Positions 18,224 to 27,922 of a DNA stretch of 64,000 nt are shown in pieces. Source of the stretch: Ancylobacter sp. GTDB lineage: Bacteria > Pseudomonadota > Alphaproteobacteria > Rhizobiales > Xanthobacteraceae. Position numbers and translations under genes: made by a program. The stretch's first letter is position 1, and each line of letters starts with the position of its first letter. The stretch is taken from the NCBI RefSeq assembly GCF_965249975.1, contig NZ_CBDFNE010000004.1, positions 653,559 to 717,558 of the forward strand, written 5' to 3'. The notes under the pieces were generated by a model that did not search any database, was not told where the DNA came from, and worked only from the letters and a program-made list of their open reading frames with translations.

Positions 18224-18358
18224 ATGAGGGGCGATCCGTTCTGGGAACCACCGCCCGACGACCCCATGGAAATGTGGGGCCGTCGCATCGGGCGGGGTCT
18301 GGCCGTGGTCGTTGCCTTCGCGCTCGCCGTCTATCTTCTCGTGACCTATCTGCGGTGA
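18224..18358 (+). CDS. Small membrane protein (44 aa)
   Basis: MRGDPFWEPPPDDPMEMWGRRIGRGLAVVVAFALAVYLLVTYLR; GGGAGGG RBS; fills the gap between leuC and the zincin gene. Confidence 0.65.
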   Translation: MRGDPFWEPPPDDPMEMWGRRIGRGLAVVVAFALAVYLLVTYLR

Positions 18359-18362
18359 GACC

Positions 18363-18773
18363 ATGAGTGCGGATTGGCTGAAGCGCGGGGCGCCCTCGCT
18401 GGGGGAGATGGAGGCCATGGCCGAGGAGGCCTATGCCCGCCTCCCCGAGGAGTTCCGCGCCCTGTGCGGCAATCTCGTCATCCGCGTCGAGGATTTCCCC
18501 ACCGACGAGGTGCTGGAGGAGGTGGAGGCGGAAACGCCGTTCGATCTGCTCGGCCTGTTCCAGGGCATCGGCCTGGCGCAGGGCTATGAACTGGCGACCG
18601 GCGTGCTGCCCAACATGATCTTCCTCTACCGCCGGCCGATCCTCGACTATTGGGCGGAGAATGAGGAGACGCTGGGCGATATCGTCACCCATGTGCTCGT
18701 GCATGAGATCGGCCACCATTTCGGCCTGTCGGACGAGGACATGGAACGGATCGAGGAGGAGGCGGATACGTAG
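18363..18773 (+). CDS. Minimal zincin metallopeptidase family protein (Zincin_1/DUF1025)
   Basis: DLLGLFQG, PNMIFLYRRPI, HVLVHEIGHHFGLSD. Confidence 0.85.
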   Translation: MSADWLKRGAPSLGEMEAMAEEAYARLPEEFRALCGNLVIRVEDFPTDEVLEEVEAETPFDLLGLFQGIGLAQGYELATGVLPNMIFLYRRPILDYWAENEETLGDIVTHVLVHEIGHHFGLSDEDMERIEEEADT

Positions 18774-18842
18774 CGGACCGCATGGGAACGGAGTAGGGCT
18801 CTGCTTAGAATCTCTCCAAACGTGAGAGCCAAGGCAAAGCAC

Positions 18843-19403
18843 ATGTCAAACCCTTCATCCGTCCCCTCCGCCGAACCCTGCTACAGCCTGCCGCTGCGGG
18901 CGCTTCACTGGCTGACGGTGCTCGCCATCGTCGTCACCTATGGCGTCACCTATCTCGAAGATTTTTTCGCGCGCGGCACGCCCGGGCGCGCCCTCATCTG
19001 GTGGATCCACATCTCCGTGGGTCTGACGATCCTCGGCTTCGTCCTGCTGCGTCTCGTCGCGCGGCTTGTCGGGCCGGTGCCGCCGCCCTCGGCGGCCCTG
19101 TCGCGGCCGGTTCACCTGGCCTCGACGACGGTTCATGTGCTGCTTTATGTCCTGCTGGTCGCGACACCTCTGGTCGGCATCTATCTCGCCTTCCTGCGCG
19201 GCAATGAGGTGACGTTCTTCGGCCTGTTCACGTTTCCCTCCCCGGTGGAGGTGGACCGGACGGCCGCCGGCCAGGTCATCGAGTGGCACGAGCTTCTGGC
19301 GAATGCGCTGGTCGTGCTGGCCCTGCTGCACGCGGCGGCGGCTCTGGTGCACCACCACGTTCTCAAGGACGACGTGCTGCGCCGCATGCTGCCGCGCCGC
19401 TGA
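18843..19403 (+). CDS. Cytochrome b561 (CybB/YceJ family)
   Basis: [36 protein letters not shown]. Confidence 0.88.
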   Translation: MSNPSSVPSAEPCYSLPLRALHWLTVLAIVVTYGVTYLEDFFARGTPGRALIWWIHISVGLTILGFVLLRLVARLVGPVPPPSAALSRPVHLASTTVHVLLYVLLVATPLVGIYLAFLRGNEVTFFGLFTFPSPVEVDRTAAGQVIEWHELLANALVVLALLHAAAALVHHHVLKDDVLRRMLPRR

Positions 19404-19530
19404 TCCCCGCGCGGGTTCAGCTTGCGGAAAGGCGCGCGGTCAGGGCACATCAGCCGTACGGGCGGAAGGCGAAGGCGGAATATCTGACGGGGAGCGGCAT
19501 GCGCCGCCTCCGGAATCTAAGGAGAGTGCC

Positions 19531-20136
19531 GTGGACAAGTTCACCACCCTGACCGGCGTCGCGGCGCCGCTGCATCTGGTCAATGTCGATACCGACATGA
19601 TCATCCCGAAGCAGTATCTGAAGACGATCAAGCGCACCGGGCTCGGCACCGGGCTGTTCTCGGAGCTGCGCTACAAGGAAGACGGCTCGGACAATCCCGA
19701 TTTCGTGCTCAACAAGCCGGCCTATAAGGGCGCGCAGATTCTCATCGCCGGTGATAATTTCGGCTGCGGCTCCTCGCGCGAGCACGCGCCCTGGGCGCTG
19801 CTCGACTTCGGCATTCGCTGCGTGATCTCCACGTCCTTCGCCGACATCTTCTACAATAACTGCTTCAAGAACGGCATCCTGCCGATCCGGGTGACACCGG
19901 AACAGCTGGCGGCGCTGTTCGACGACGCGGCGCGCGGTGCCAATGCCAAGATCACCGTCGATCTCGAAAGCCAGACCATCACCGGCCCGGATGGCGGCTC
20001 GATCTCGTTCGACATCGACCCGTTCCGCAAGCACTGCCTGCTCAACGGCCTCGACGATATCGGCCTCACCCAGGTGAAGGCGGACAAGATCGCGTCCTTC
20101 GAGCAGAAGCTCGCCGAGGAACGCCCGTGGGCCTGA
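19531..20136 (+). CDS. leuD: 3-isopropylmalate dehydratase small subunit
   Basis: [53 protein letters not shown]; GTG start after AAGGAG. Confidence 0.97.
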   Translation: MDKFTTLTGVAAPLHLVNVDTDMIIPKQYLKTIKRTGLGTGLFSELRYKEDGSDNPDFVLNKPAYKGAQILIAGDNFGCGSSREHAPWALLDFGIRCVISTSFADIFYNNCFKNGILPIRVTPEQLAALFDDAARGANAKITVDLESQTITGPDGGSISFDIDPFRKHCLLNGLDDIGLTQVKADKIASFEQKLAEERPWA

Positions 20137-20193
20137 ACGCCCTTGGGCGTGAGCATGACGGCGCCGCCGCGTGGCGGTGCCCGGGAGGCTTGA

Positions 20194-20580
20194 ATGACCG
20201 AGCGTCGGCGTATCTCCTCCGGCTCCGCCTTCGAGGCGGAGGCCGGCTATTCCCGCGCCGTGGTGGATGGGAACGACATCTTCGTCTCCGGCACCACAGG
20301 CTATGATTATGCCGCCATGGAACTGCCAGAGGATCTGGTGGCGCAGACCCATGGCTGCTTCCGCAACATCGCCGCTGCGTTGGCTGAGGCGGGCGCCAGC
20401 CTCGATGATGTGATACGCGTGCGCTACATCGTGACCGAGGCGGACTATGCCGCGACCGTTTTTCCGATCTTCGGTCAGTATTTCGCTAAGGCCCGACCCG
20501 CCGCCACGCTCATCGTCGCCGGGTTGCTGCAACCGCAGATGAAGATCGAGATCGAGGTGACGGCACGCCGGCAAGGCTGA
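20194..20580 (+). CDS. Rid (YjgF/YER057c/UK114) family protein lacking the catalytic Arg
   Basis: SSGSAFE..AGYSRAV, VSGTTG, RPAAT in place of PAR, KIEIEVTA. Confidence 0.85.
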   Translation: MTERRRISSGSAFEAEAGYSRAVVDGNDIFVSGTTGYDYAAMELPEDLVAQTHGCFRNIAAALAEAGASLDDVIRVRYIVTEADYAATVFPIFGQYFAKARPAATLIVAGLLQPQMKIEIEVTARRQG

Positions 20581-20665
20581 GCCCAGCCTCGAAGCCTTTT
20601 CGCTTTACAGCGCCCGCATCTCGGGATGGAATCGTTCAAAACGAGAACACCCCGGGAGACGCTCC

Positions 20666-21007
20666 ATGTGCCACATCTTCGCCGGCCAGGCGCCCGAAAC
20701 CTATGACAGCCAGACGCGCTCGGTGCGCATTGGCGGCCATTCCACCTCGATTCGCCTCGAAGCCGCCTTCTGGACCGTGCTGGAAGAGGTCGCTGCCCAT
20801 CAGGGCATGAGCGTGGGCAAATTCGTCACCAAGCTGCATGACGAGGTGCTCGACCTGCATGGCGAGGTGCGCAACTTCGCCTCGCTGCTGCGCTGCTCCT
20901 GCCTGATCTACCTCGCCGAATTGCGTCCTGCCGGCATTGCTCCCGCGGCCGCCCGCGAGCGCTATCTCTGCGAGAGCGCCCGGGTGCATCTCCACGCCGC
21001 CGAATAG
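20666..21007 (+). CDS. Ribbon-helix-helix DNA-binding protein (RHH_4 type)
   Basis: TRSVRIGGHSTSIRLEAAFWTVLEEVA, NFASLLRCSCLIYL. Confidence 0.85.
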   Translation: MCHIFAGQAPETYDSQTRSVRIGGHSTSIRLEAAFWTVLEEVAAHQGMSVGKFVTKLHDEVLDLHGEVRNFASLLRCSCLIYLAELRPAGIAPAAARERYLCESARVHLHAAE

Positions 21008-21144
21008 GTGGCTGGCCATGCCGCACCGGCAATGCACATCGTGGTGATGTGTTAGCGGTCTACCACCTGCCGCTCCCTCGGCGGCCTAGCATCCTCGTCA
21101 AGGCGACCTGCGTCGCCGAATGAGGTTCAAGGTCGGAGGTACAG

Positions 21145-21540
21145 GTGGCGAAGGCCATTCATTCGATGATCCGCGTGCTCGAAGAGGCGCGCTCGGTGGA
21201 TTTCTACGCGCGGGCCTTCGGGCTGACGATCGCGCAGCGGCTTCCCTTTGACGGCTTCACGCTGGTCTATCTCCGCAATTCGGAAGCCGATTTCGAGGTC
21301 GAGCTGACCATCAACCACGACCGCACCGAGCCCTATGTCCTGGGCGACGGCTACGGCCATATCGCCTTCGTGGTGGACGATCTCGACGCCGAGCATGCGC
21401 GCTTCACAGAAGCTGGCCTCAATCCGCAGCCGGTCAAGGAGTTTTCCCAAGAGGGCGCGCTGCTCGCCAAGTTCTTCTTCGTCACCGATCCCGACGGCTA
21501 CAAGATCGAGGTGCTGCAGAAACACGGCCGCTACCGCTGA
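21145..21540 (+). CDS. VOC / glyoxalase I-like protein
   Basis: HSMIRV, F..VYL, EVELTIN, GDGYGHIAFVVDD, FFVTDPDGYKIEV. Confidence 0.88.
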   Translation: MAKAIHSMIRVLEEARSVDFYARAFGLTIAQRLPFDGFTLVYLRNSEADFEVELTINHDRTEPYVLGDGYGHIAFVVDDLDAEHARFTEAGLNPQPVKEFSQEGALLAKFFFVTDPDGYKIEVLQKHGRYR

Positions 21541-21609
21541 ACGACCGCGCCGATACGCCAAGCGGCGCGGATATCATAAAATAATACATAAAATTACCGG
21601 GAGGTAACA

Positions 21610-22146
21610 ATGCCAACACTGATCGACAGGCGCGGCCCCTCACGCCGCGCCGTGCTCGCCGGCCTCGGTGCGGCCGGTGCGCTGATGGTGAGCGGCGCGG
21701 CCGTGCTCAACCCGCGCGAGGCGTGGGGGCTGGAAGTCACCGCGCTGAAGCCGGAGACCATGCGCACGCTCATCGTGATGGCGCGCGACGTCTATCCGCA
21801 TGACCGGGTGCCCGACCGCTTCTACGCCATCGCCATGAAGCCCTATGAGGCGGACGCGGCCAAGGACCCGGCGCTGAAGGCGCTGGTGGAAGACGGCGTC
21901 ATCACCCTCGACACCCTGTCCCAGGCGAAGTACGGCGCGGCCTATGCCGATATCGGCTGGGAGGACCAGCGGGTGGCGGTGCTGCGCGAGATCGAGGACA
22001 GCGCCTTCTTCCAGAAGGTGCGCGGCGGCCTCGTGGTCGGCCTCTACAACCAGGAGGAGGTATGGCCGATCTTCGGCTATGAGGGCTCCTCGGCCGACAA
22101 GGGCGGTTACATCGACCGCGGCTTCAACGACATCGCCTGGCTGTGA
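21610..22146 (+). CDS. Tat-exported small subunit (gluconate 2-dehydrogenase subunit 3-like)
   Basis: SRRAVL twin-Arg signal, ARDVYPHD, LYNQEEVWPIFGYEG, GGYIDRGFNDI.WL. Confidence 0.8.
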   Translation: MPTLIDRRGPSRRAVLAGLGAAGALMVSGAAVLNPREAWGLEVTALKPETMRTLIVMARDVYPHDRVPDRFYAIAMKPYEADAAKDPALKALVEDGVITLDTLSQAKYGAAYADIGWEDQRVAVLREIEDSAFFQKVRGGLVVGLYNQEEVWPIFGYEGSSADKGGYIDRGFNDIAWL

Positions 22147-22161
22147 GGGGAGGCTCAACCC

Positions 22162-23733
22162 ATGTCCGCACCCTTCGATCTGAATGACGATTCCGTCGTG
22201 GTCATCGTCGGCTCCGGCGCCGGCGGCGGCACGCTCGGCACCGAGCTGGCGCTCAAGGGCATCAAGGTGGTGATCCTTGAAGCCGGCCAGCGCCACAACA
22301 TGGAAGACTTCGTCAACAACGAGTGGGAGAGCTTCTCCCAGCTCGCCTGGAAAGACATGCGCACCACGTCCGGCTCGTGGCGGGTGCACAAGAACTTTCC
22401 CAATCTCCCCGCCTGGATCGTCAAGGCGGTGGGCGGCTCCTCCGTGCACTGGGCCGGCGCGTCGCTGCGCTTGCAGGAGCACGAGTTCAAGACCCGCACC
22501 ACTTATGGCGACATTGACGGCGCCAATCTACTCGATTGGCCGATCACGCTGGCCGAGCTGGAACCCTGGTACGCCAAGGCCGAAGACCGCATGGGCGTGA
22601 CCCGCACCAACGGCATTCCCGGCCTGCCCGGCAACAACAATTTCAAGGTGTTCGAGGCCGGGGCGAAGAAGATCGGCTACCAGGAGGTCTCGACCGGCCG
22701 GATGGCGATCAACAGCGAGCCGCGCGCCGACCGGGGCTCCTGCCAGCAGATCGGCTTCTGTTTCCAGGGCTGCAAGTCGGGCGCGAAATGGTCGACGCTG
22801 ATCGCCGAGATTCCGCGCGGCGAGGCCACCGGCAATTTGGAAGTGCGGCCGCAGAGCATGGTGCAGAAGATCGAGCATGACGCCACCGGCAAGGTCACCG
22901 GCGTCGTCTATGTCGACAAGGACGGCAAGACGCAGCGCCAGAAGGCGCGCATCGTCGCTGTGGCCGGCAACTCCATCGAAAGCCCGCGCCTGCTGCTCAA
23001 CTCCGCCAGCAGCCAGTTCCCGGACGGGCTCGCCAATTCCTCGGGGCAGGTGGGGCGCAACTACATGCGGCACATGACCGGCTCGGTCTACGGCATCTTC
23101 GAGAAGCCGGTGCACATGTATCGCGGCACCACCATGGCCGGCATCGTCCGCGACGAGGCCAAGAACGACACAAAACGCGGCTTCGCCGGCGGCTACGAGA
23201 TGGAGACGCTCTCGCTCGGCGTGCCGTTCATGGCCGCCTTCCTCGATCCCGGTGGCTGGGGCCGTTCCTTCACCTCCGCCATGGATGGCTACGTCAATAT
23301 GGCCGGGCTGTGGATCGTCGGCGAGGACATGCCGCAGGAGACCAACCGCGTCACCCTGAACACCGATGTGAAGGACCAATACGGCCTGCCGGTCGCCAAT
23401 GTGCATTTCGACGATCACCCCAACGATGTCGCGATGCGCAACCACGCCTATAGCCGTGGCGCGGCGATCTATGATTCGGTGGGCGCGGTGCGCACCTTCC
23501 CAACGCCGCCTTACCCCTCGACGCATAATCTCGGCACCAACCGCATGAGCGAGAAGGCGCGCGACGGCGTGGTGAACAAGCACGGGCAGACGCACGACAT
23601 CCCGAACCTGTTCATCTCCGACGGCAGCCAGTTCACCACCGGCGGCGCCGAGAACCCGACGCTGACCATCGTCGCCCTGGCGCTGCGCCAGGCGGATTTC
23701 ATTGCGGGAGAAATGTCGCGCAAGACGATCTGA
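22162..23733 (+). CDS. GMC family FAD oxidoreductase
   Basis: VIVGSGAGGG FAD loop, CQQIGFCFQGC, GQVGRNYM, HNLGTNRM, NPTLTIVALA. Confidence 0.92.
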   Translation: MSAPFDLNDDSVVVIVGSGAGGGTLGTELALKGIKVVILEAGQRHNMEDFVNNEWESFSQLAWKDMRTTSGSWRVHKNFPNLPAWIVKAVGGSSVHWAGASLRLQEHEFKTRTTYGDIDGANLLDWPITLAELEPWYAKAEDRMGVTRTNGIPGLPGNNNFKVFEAGAKKIGYQEVSTGRMAINSEPRADRGSCQQIGFCFQGCKSGAKWSTLIAEIPRGEATGNLEVRPQSMVQKIEHDATGKVTGVVYVDKDGKTQRQKARIVAVAGNSIESPRLLLNSASSQFPDGLANSSGQVGRNYMRHMTGSVYGIFEKPVHMYRGTTMAGIVRDEAKNDTKRGFAGGYEMETLSLGVPFMAAFLDPGGWGRSFTSAMDGYVNMAGLWIVGEDMPQETNRVTLNTDVKDQYGLPVANVHFDDHPNDVAMRNHAYSRGAAIYDSVGAVRTFPTPPYPSTHNLGTNRMSEKARDGVVNKHGQTHDIPNLFISDGSQFTTGGAENPTLTIVALALRQADFIAGEMSRKTI

Positions 23734-24012
23734 TCGCGCGGAGGCTGCGTATGAGGTCTGTCGGGATGCCCCCCGGCCGCCTCTTGGGGCGACGCCTATA
23801 CTCTCGTCCCACTCGAGCGTGATCCGCTCGTCTTGCTTTAGTCGGATCCGGCTCCAGGCCGCTGGCGTTTGCGCGCCGGCGGCTTTTTTCTTCCGCGCCA
23901 GGGTGCGCTCGCCGGCGCCGCGGCGGCCAATGTCTTGCCAGCGTCAGGCTTAGCGATTAGCAACGCTTCGCCTGAGACAGAGGCTCGGGCCACAGGCGAA
24001 TGCGAGGAAACC

Positions 24013-25122
24013 ATGGCGACCCACAAGCTCCTGCTTCTTCCCGGCGACGGTATCGGCGTCGAAGTGATGGCCGAGGTGAAGCGGGTCATTGACTGGCTCG
24101 ACCGGCGCGGCGTCGCCTCTTTCGCCATCGAGGAAGACCTCGTCGGCGGGGCCGCCTATGATTGCTGCGGCCAGCCGATTTCCGAGGAGGCGATGGCCAA
24201 GGCCTTCGCGGCGGACGCGATCCTGCTCGGCGCCGTGGGCGGCACCAAATGGGCGAATGTGCCCTATGAGGACCGGCCGGAGGCGGGCCTGCTGCGCCTG
24301 CGCAAGGACCTGCAGCTTTTCGCCAATCTGCGCCCCGCCGTCTGCTACCCCGCGCTCGCCGACGCCTCCAGCCTCAAGCGTGAGCTGATCGAGGGTCTCG
24401 ACGTGCTCATCGTGCGCGAATTGACCGGCGGCGTCTATTTCGGCGAGCCCAAGACCATTACCGACCTCAGCGATGGCCAGAAGCGCGCCGTCGACACTCA
24501 GGTCTATGAATCCTACGAGATCGAGCGCATCGCCCGCGTCGCCTTCGAGCTCGCCCGCACCCGTCGCAACAAGGTGGTCTCCACCGAGAAGCACAATGTG
24601 ATGAAGACCGGCCTGCTGTGGAAGCAGGTGGTGAGCGAGGTTCACGGCTCGGCTTATGAGGATGTCGAGCTGGAGCATCAGCTGGCGGATTCCTGCGGCA
24701 TGCAGCTGGTGCGCGCCCCCAAGCAGTTCGACGTGATCGTTACCGACAATCTGTTCGGCGACATTCTCTCCGACGTGGCGGCGATGCTCACCGGTTCGCT
24801 CGGCATGCTGCCCTCCGCCTCGCTGGGCGGCGTCGAGGAGGTCTCCGGCCGTCGCCGCGCGCTTTATGAGCCCGTGCACGGCGCCGCGCCTGATATCGCT
24901 GGCAAGGGGCTTGCCAATCCGATCGCCATGATCGGCTCGCTCGCCATGGCGCTGCGCTATTCCTTCGGCGAACTGGAAGCCGCCGACCGCATCGAAGCGG
25001 CGATCGCCGGCGTGCTGGCGGGCGGCGTTCGCACGGCCGACATCTATTCCGAGGGCAAGACCCGGGTCGGCACGTCAGGCATGGGCGATGCCATCCTCGC
25101 CGAGCTCGACAAGGCCAACTGA
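24013..25122 (+). CDS. leuB: 3-isopropylmalate dehydrogenase
   Basis: [47 protein letters not shown]. Confidence 0.97.
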   Translation: MATHKLLLLPGDGIGVEVMAEVKRVIDWLDRRGVASFAIEEDLVGGAAYDCCGQPISEEAMAKAFAADAILLGAVGGTKWANVPYEDRPEAGLLRLRKDLQLFANLRPAVCYPALADASSLKRELIEGLDVLIVRELTGGVYFGEPKTITDLSDGQKRAVDTQVYESYEIERIARVAFELARTRRNKVVSTEKHNVMKTGLLWKQVVSEVHGSAYEDVELEHQLADSCGMQLVRAPKQFDVIVTDNLFGDILSDVAAMLTGSLGMLPSASLGGVEEVSGRRRALYEPVHGAAPDIAGKGLANPIAMIGSLAMALRYSFGELEAADRIEAAIAGVLAGGVRTADIYSEGKTRVGTSGMGDAILAELDKAN

Positions 25123-25148
25123 GCCGCCGGACCCGCTCCGACCTTATG

Positions 25149-25236
25149 AAAAGCCCGGCCTGTGCCGGGCTTTTTGCTGTCCGGGCTTTTGTGTCGCGGC
25201 TCGGCCCATGAAAAAGCCCGGCGCGAGCCGGGCTTT
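25149..25236. terminator. Two similar bidirectional terminator hairpins between convergent genes
   Basis: AAAAGCCCGGC-CTGT-GCCGGGCTTTTT and AAAAAGCCCGGC-GCGA-GCCGGGCTTT. Confidence 0.75.
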
Positions 25237-25274
25237 GGTGTCGTCAGGCAGCGGCGCCGAAAAAACGGGGCGAA

Positions 25275-25550
25275 TCAGTAGCCCGGCAGATCGAAGCGGC
25301 TCGGCAGCGGCCAGCGAATGCCGGTGATGCCACCATCATTGCCATACTGCGGGTACACCGACTGGGCGACGTAGATGTAGTTGAGGTCGCGCGCCGTGCC
25401 GGGCTTCACCACCGGGCCGGGATCGAGATAGGAGCGCGGCGGCAGCTTGCGGATGATGATGCGGTTGCTGTCCTGCGCCTGGGCAGGGGCCGTGGCGACG
25501 ACGGCGGAGCCGGCGACAAGAGCGGCAAGGGCGAAAAGGGCGACACGCAT
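25275..25550 (-). CDS. Small hypothetical exported protein (91 aa)
   Basis: Signal peptide ending AQA, RSYLDPGPVV, P/Y-rich body, GGAGG RBS. Confidence 0.7.
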   Translation of the reverse strand: MRVALFALAALVAGSAVVATAPAQAQDSNRIIIRKLPPRSYLDPGPVVKPGTARDLNYIYVAQSVYPQYGNDGGITGIRWPLPSRFDLPGY

Positions 25551-25647
25551 CTCAACCTCCAGGAAACGGTCGCGTCGCGCGGCGCGGACGGTCTCGTTCG
25601 GTACAACATTGCCCGGAACTTATCGTTCCGTCGAGATGATGAAAGTC

Positions 25648-26586
25648 CTAATTGCGCCGATCGGCGATGAAATATGCCGCTTCCACGAGAAGTGTGGCCG
25701 CGCTGCCAAAGTCGGCAAGGGCCGCTTCCGCCTCGCTAACCAACCGCGCCAGCTCTGCCCGCGCGCCCTCAATGCCCAGCTTTCCGACCAATGTGGCCTT
25801 GCCGGCGGCGGCATCCTTGCCCACGGCCTTGCCCACCAGCCCCGCCTCGCCCTCGACATCGAGCAGGTCGTCGGCGATCTGGAAGGCGCGGCCGACCGCG
25901 CGGGCGTAGCGGTCGAGGCTGGCGCGCTCAGGCGGGCTGGCCCGCCCCAGCAGCGCCCCCGCTTCGCAGGCGTGGCGCAGCAGCGCGCCGGTCTTCATCG
26001 CCTGCAGCTCGATGATGGAATCCGCCGGCAGATCGAGCGGAACGCCGTGCGCCGCGCCTTCCGCGAACCGGCCTTCGGCGGCGAGGTCGAGCATCTGCCC
26101 GCCGATCATCCCTGCCACTCCCGCCGCGCGGGCCAGGCTGGCGACGAGGGCGAGACGCACCGCCGGATCAGCGTCGGTCGCGTCATCCGCGAGGATCTCG
26201 AAGGCGAGGGTCAGCAACCCGTCGCCCGCCAGAATCGCGGTGGCCTCGTCATAGGCGCGGTGAACGGTCGGCCGGCCGCGCCGCATATCGTCATTGTCCA
26301 TGGCGGGCAGGTCGTCATGGACCAGCGAGTAGCAGTGGATGCACTCCAGCGCCGCCGCAGCCGGCATCGCCGCATGCGAGGGGACACCGAACAGAGCTGC
26401 CGATTCGATCACCAGGAAGGGGCGCAGCCTCTTGCCGCCAGCGAGGGTGGCGTGCCGCATCGCCGCCGACAGACGCGCGCCCGGCGCTCCGCTGCAGGCG
26501 ATGGCGCCGTCGAGCCAGGCCGCGACGGAATCGGCGGTGGTGGCGAGTGCCACGGCGAGGGACGGGCGGTTTTCGCTGGCGGGCAT
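25648..26586 (-). CDS. ispA: Farnesyl/geranyl diphosphate synthase
   Basis: GGKRLRP, YSLVHDDLPAMDNDDMRRG, KTGAL, FQIADDLLD, GKDAAAGKAT. Confidence 0.95.
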   Translation of the reverse strand: MPASENRPSLAVALATTADSVAAWLDGAIACSGAPGARLSAAMRHATLAGGKRLRPFLVIESAALFGVPSHAAMPAAAALECIHCYSLVHDDLPAMDNDDMRRGRPTVHRAYDEATAILAGDGLLTLAFEILADDATDADPAVRLALVASLARAAGVAGMIGGQMLDLAAEGRFAEGAAHGVPLDLPADSIIELQAMKTGALLRHACEAGALLGRASPPERASLDRYARAVGRAFQIADDLLDVEGEAGLVGKAVGKDAAAGKATLVGKLGIEGARAELARLVSEAEAALADFGSAATLLVEAAYFIADRRN

Positions 26587-26726
26587 CGGACCGAGGGATC
26601 GTTCAAGAGGGGTAATGCGTTGCGTGCCCGAGGCGGGCGGTGGGGTCAAGCGAGGCGATTGCCGCAGCCCGTCCCGGTCGACCGGCGGAAGCGGGGCGGC
26701 TACAGTGCCCGGGGCGGGGAGAACGC

Positions 26727-27395
26727 ATGGGTCGGGTGTGGAGCTGGGTCTGGAAGATCGCACTCGTGGTGGTGGCGACCCCGCTCGTGCTTGGTCTTCT
26801 CTATAATGTGCTGCCCGCGCCCTCCACGCTGATGCTCGGCCGCTGGGTCACCGGCCAGCGTGTGGAACGGGTGTGGCTGCCTCTCGACGACATTTCGCCG
26901 ACGCTCATCCGTTCCGTGCTGGCCTCGGAGGATGCGCGCTTCTGCTCCCATTCCGGCATCGACATGGTGGAATTGCAGGGGGTGATCGACGAATCGGACG
27001 GGCTCAACGCGCCGCGCGGGGCTTCCACCATCACCATGCAGCTCGCCAAGAACCTGTTCCTGTGGAACGGCCGCAGTGTCATCCGCAAGGGGTTGGAGCT
27101 GCCGCTAGCGCTTTATCTGAACGCGGTGATGACCAAGCATCGCCAGCTGGAGATCTACCTCAACATCGCCGAATGGGGGCCGGATGGGGAGTTCGGCGTC
27201 GAGGCCGGCGCGCAGCGGGCCTTCGGTCGCTCCGCCCGCGATCTGACCGTACGGCAGGCGGCGCTGCTCGCGGTCATGCTGCCCAATCCGCACAATCGCA
27301 ACGCCGGCAAGCCGGGACGAGGGCTGAACCGGCTGGCGGGAAACCTGCAGGCGCGCATCCCGCGCGAGGGGCCGGAACTGACCTCCTGCCTGTGA
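26727..27395 (+). CDS. mtgA: Monofunctional peptidoglycan transglycosylase
   Basis: SEDARFCSHSGID, RGASTITMQLAKNLFLW, IYLNIAEWG. Confidence 0.93.
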   Translation: MGRVWSWVWKIALVVVATPLVLGLLYNVLPAPSTLMLGRWVTGQRVERVWLPLDDISPTLIRSVLASEDARFCSHSGIDMVELQGVIDESDGLNAPRGASTITMQLAKNLFLWNGRSVIRKGLELPLALYLNAVMTKHRQLEIYLNIAEWGPDGEFGVEAGAQRAFGRSARDLTVRQAALLAVMLPNPHNRNAGKPGRGLNRLAGNLQARIPREGPELTSCL

Positions 27396-27542
27396 GACGC
27401 ACCGCGCGGGAAGCGTGCGACAGAATTGCGTCAGCCCCTTTCGCTCGCGCCCATGAGTCTGTATAAGCCGCCACTCGAATTACGCACCATCCGGCGCGGC
27501 CCTTCCGACTGGGCGTGAGCCAGGCCGGGACAGGAGAAGACC

Positions 27543-27728
27543 ATGGCAGTTCCGAAGAAGAAAACCAGCCCGTCGCGTCGCGGCATGCGCCGTTCCGCCG
27601 ATGCTCTCGCCAAGCCGACCTATATTGAGGACAAGGATTCGGGCGAGCTGCGCCGTCCGCACCACCTCGACCTGAAGACCGGCATGTACAAGGGCCGTCA
27701 GGTTCTGAAGGTCAAGGCTGAGGCCTGA
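27543..27728 (+). CDS. rpmF: 50S ribosomal protein L32 (Cys-free, non-zinc type)
   Basis: [31 protein letters not shown]. Confidence 0.97.
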   Translation: MAVPKKKTSPSRRGMRRSADALAKPTYIEDKDSGELRRPHHLDLKTGMYKGRQVLKVKAEA

Positions 27729-27756
27729 TCGCCCCGGACCCGTGCCGATCTGTCTG

Positions 27757-27780
27757 AAGCCGGCCCTCGGGCCGGCTTTC
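27757..27780 (+). terminator. Terminator after rpmF
   Basis: AAGCCGGCC-CTCG-GGCCGGCTT followed by TC. Confidence 0.6.
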
Positions 27781-27922
27781 GCGTGTTCGGCCGGCATTTG
27801 CCCCGCGTGGCGGTAACGATCCAGAAGCGTTGGTGCCGTATCCTTGTAGGGTCGCCACTGCTATCGTGCCGGCCGCCCCCGTAAAGGGGTGAGCATCGGG
27901 CGCATCGAACGGAGAGCCAGTC

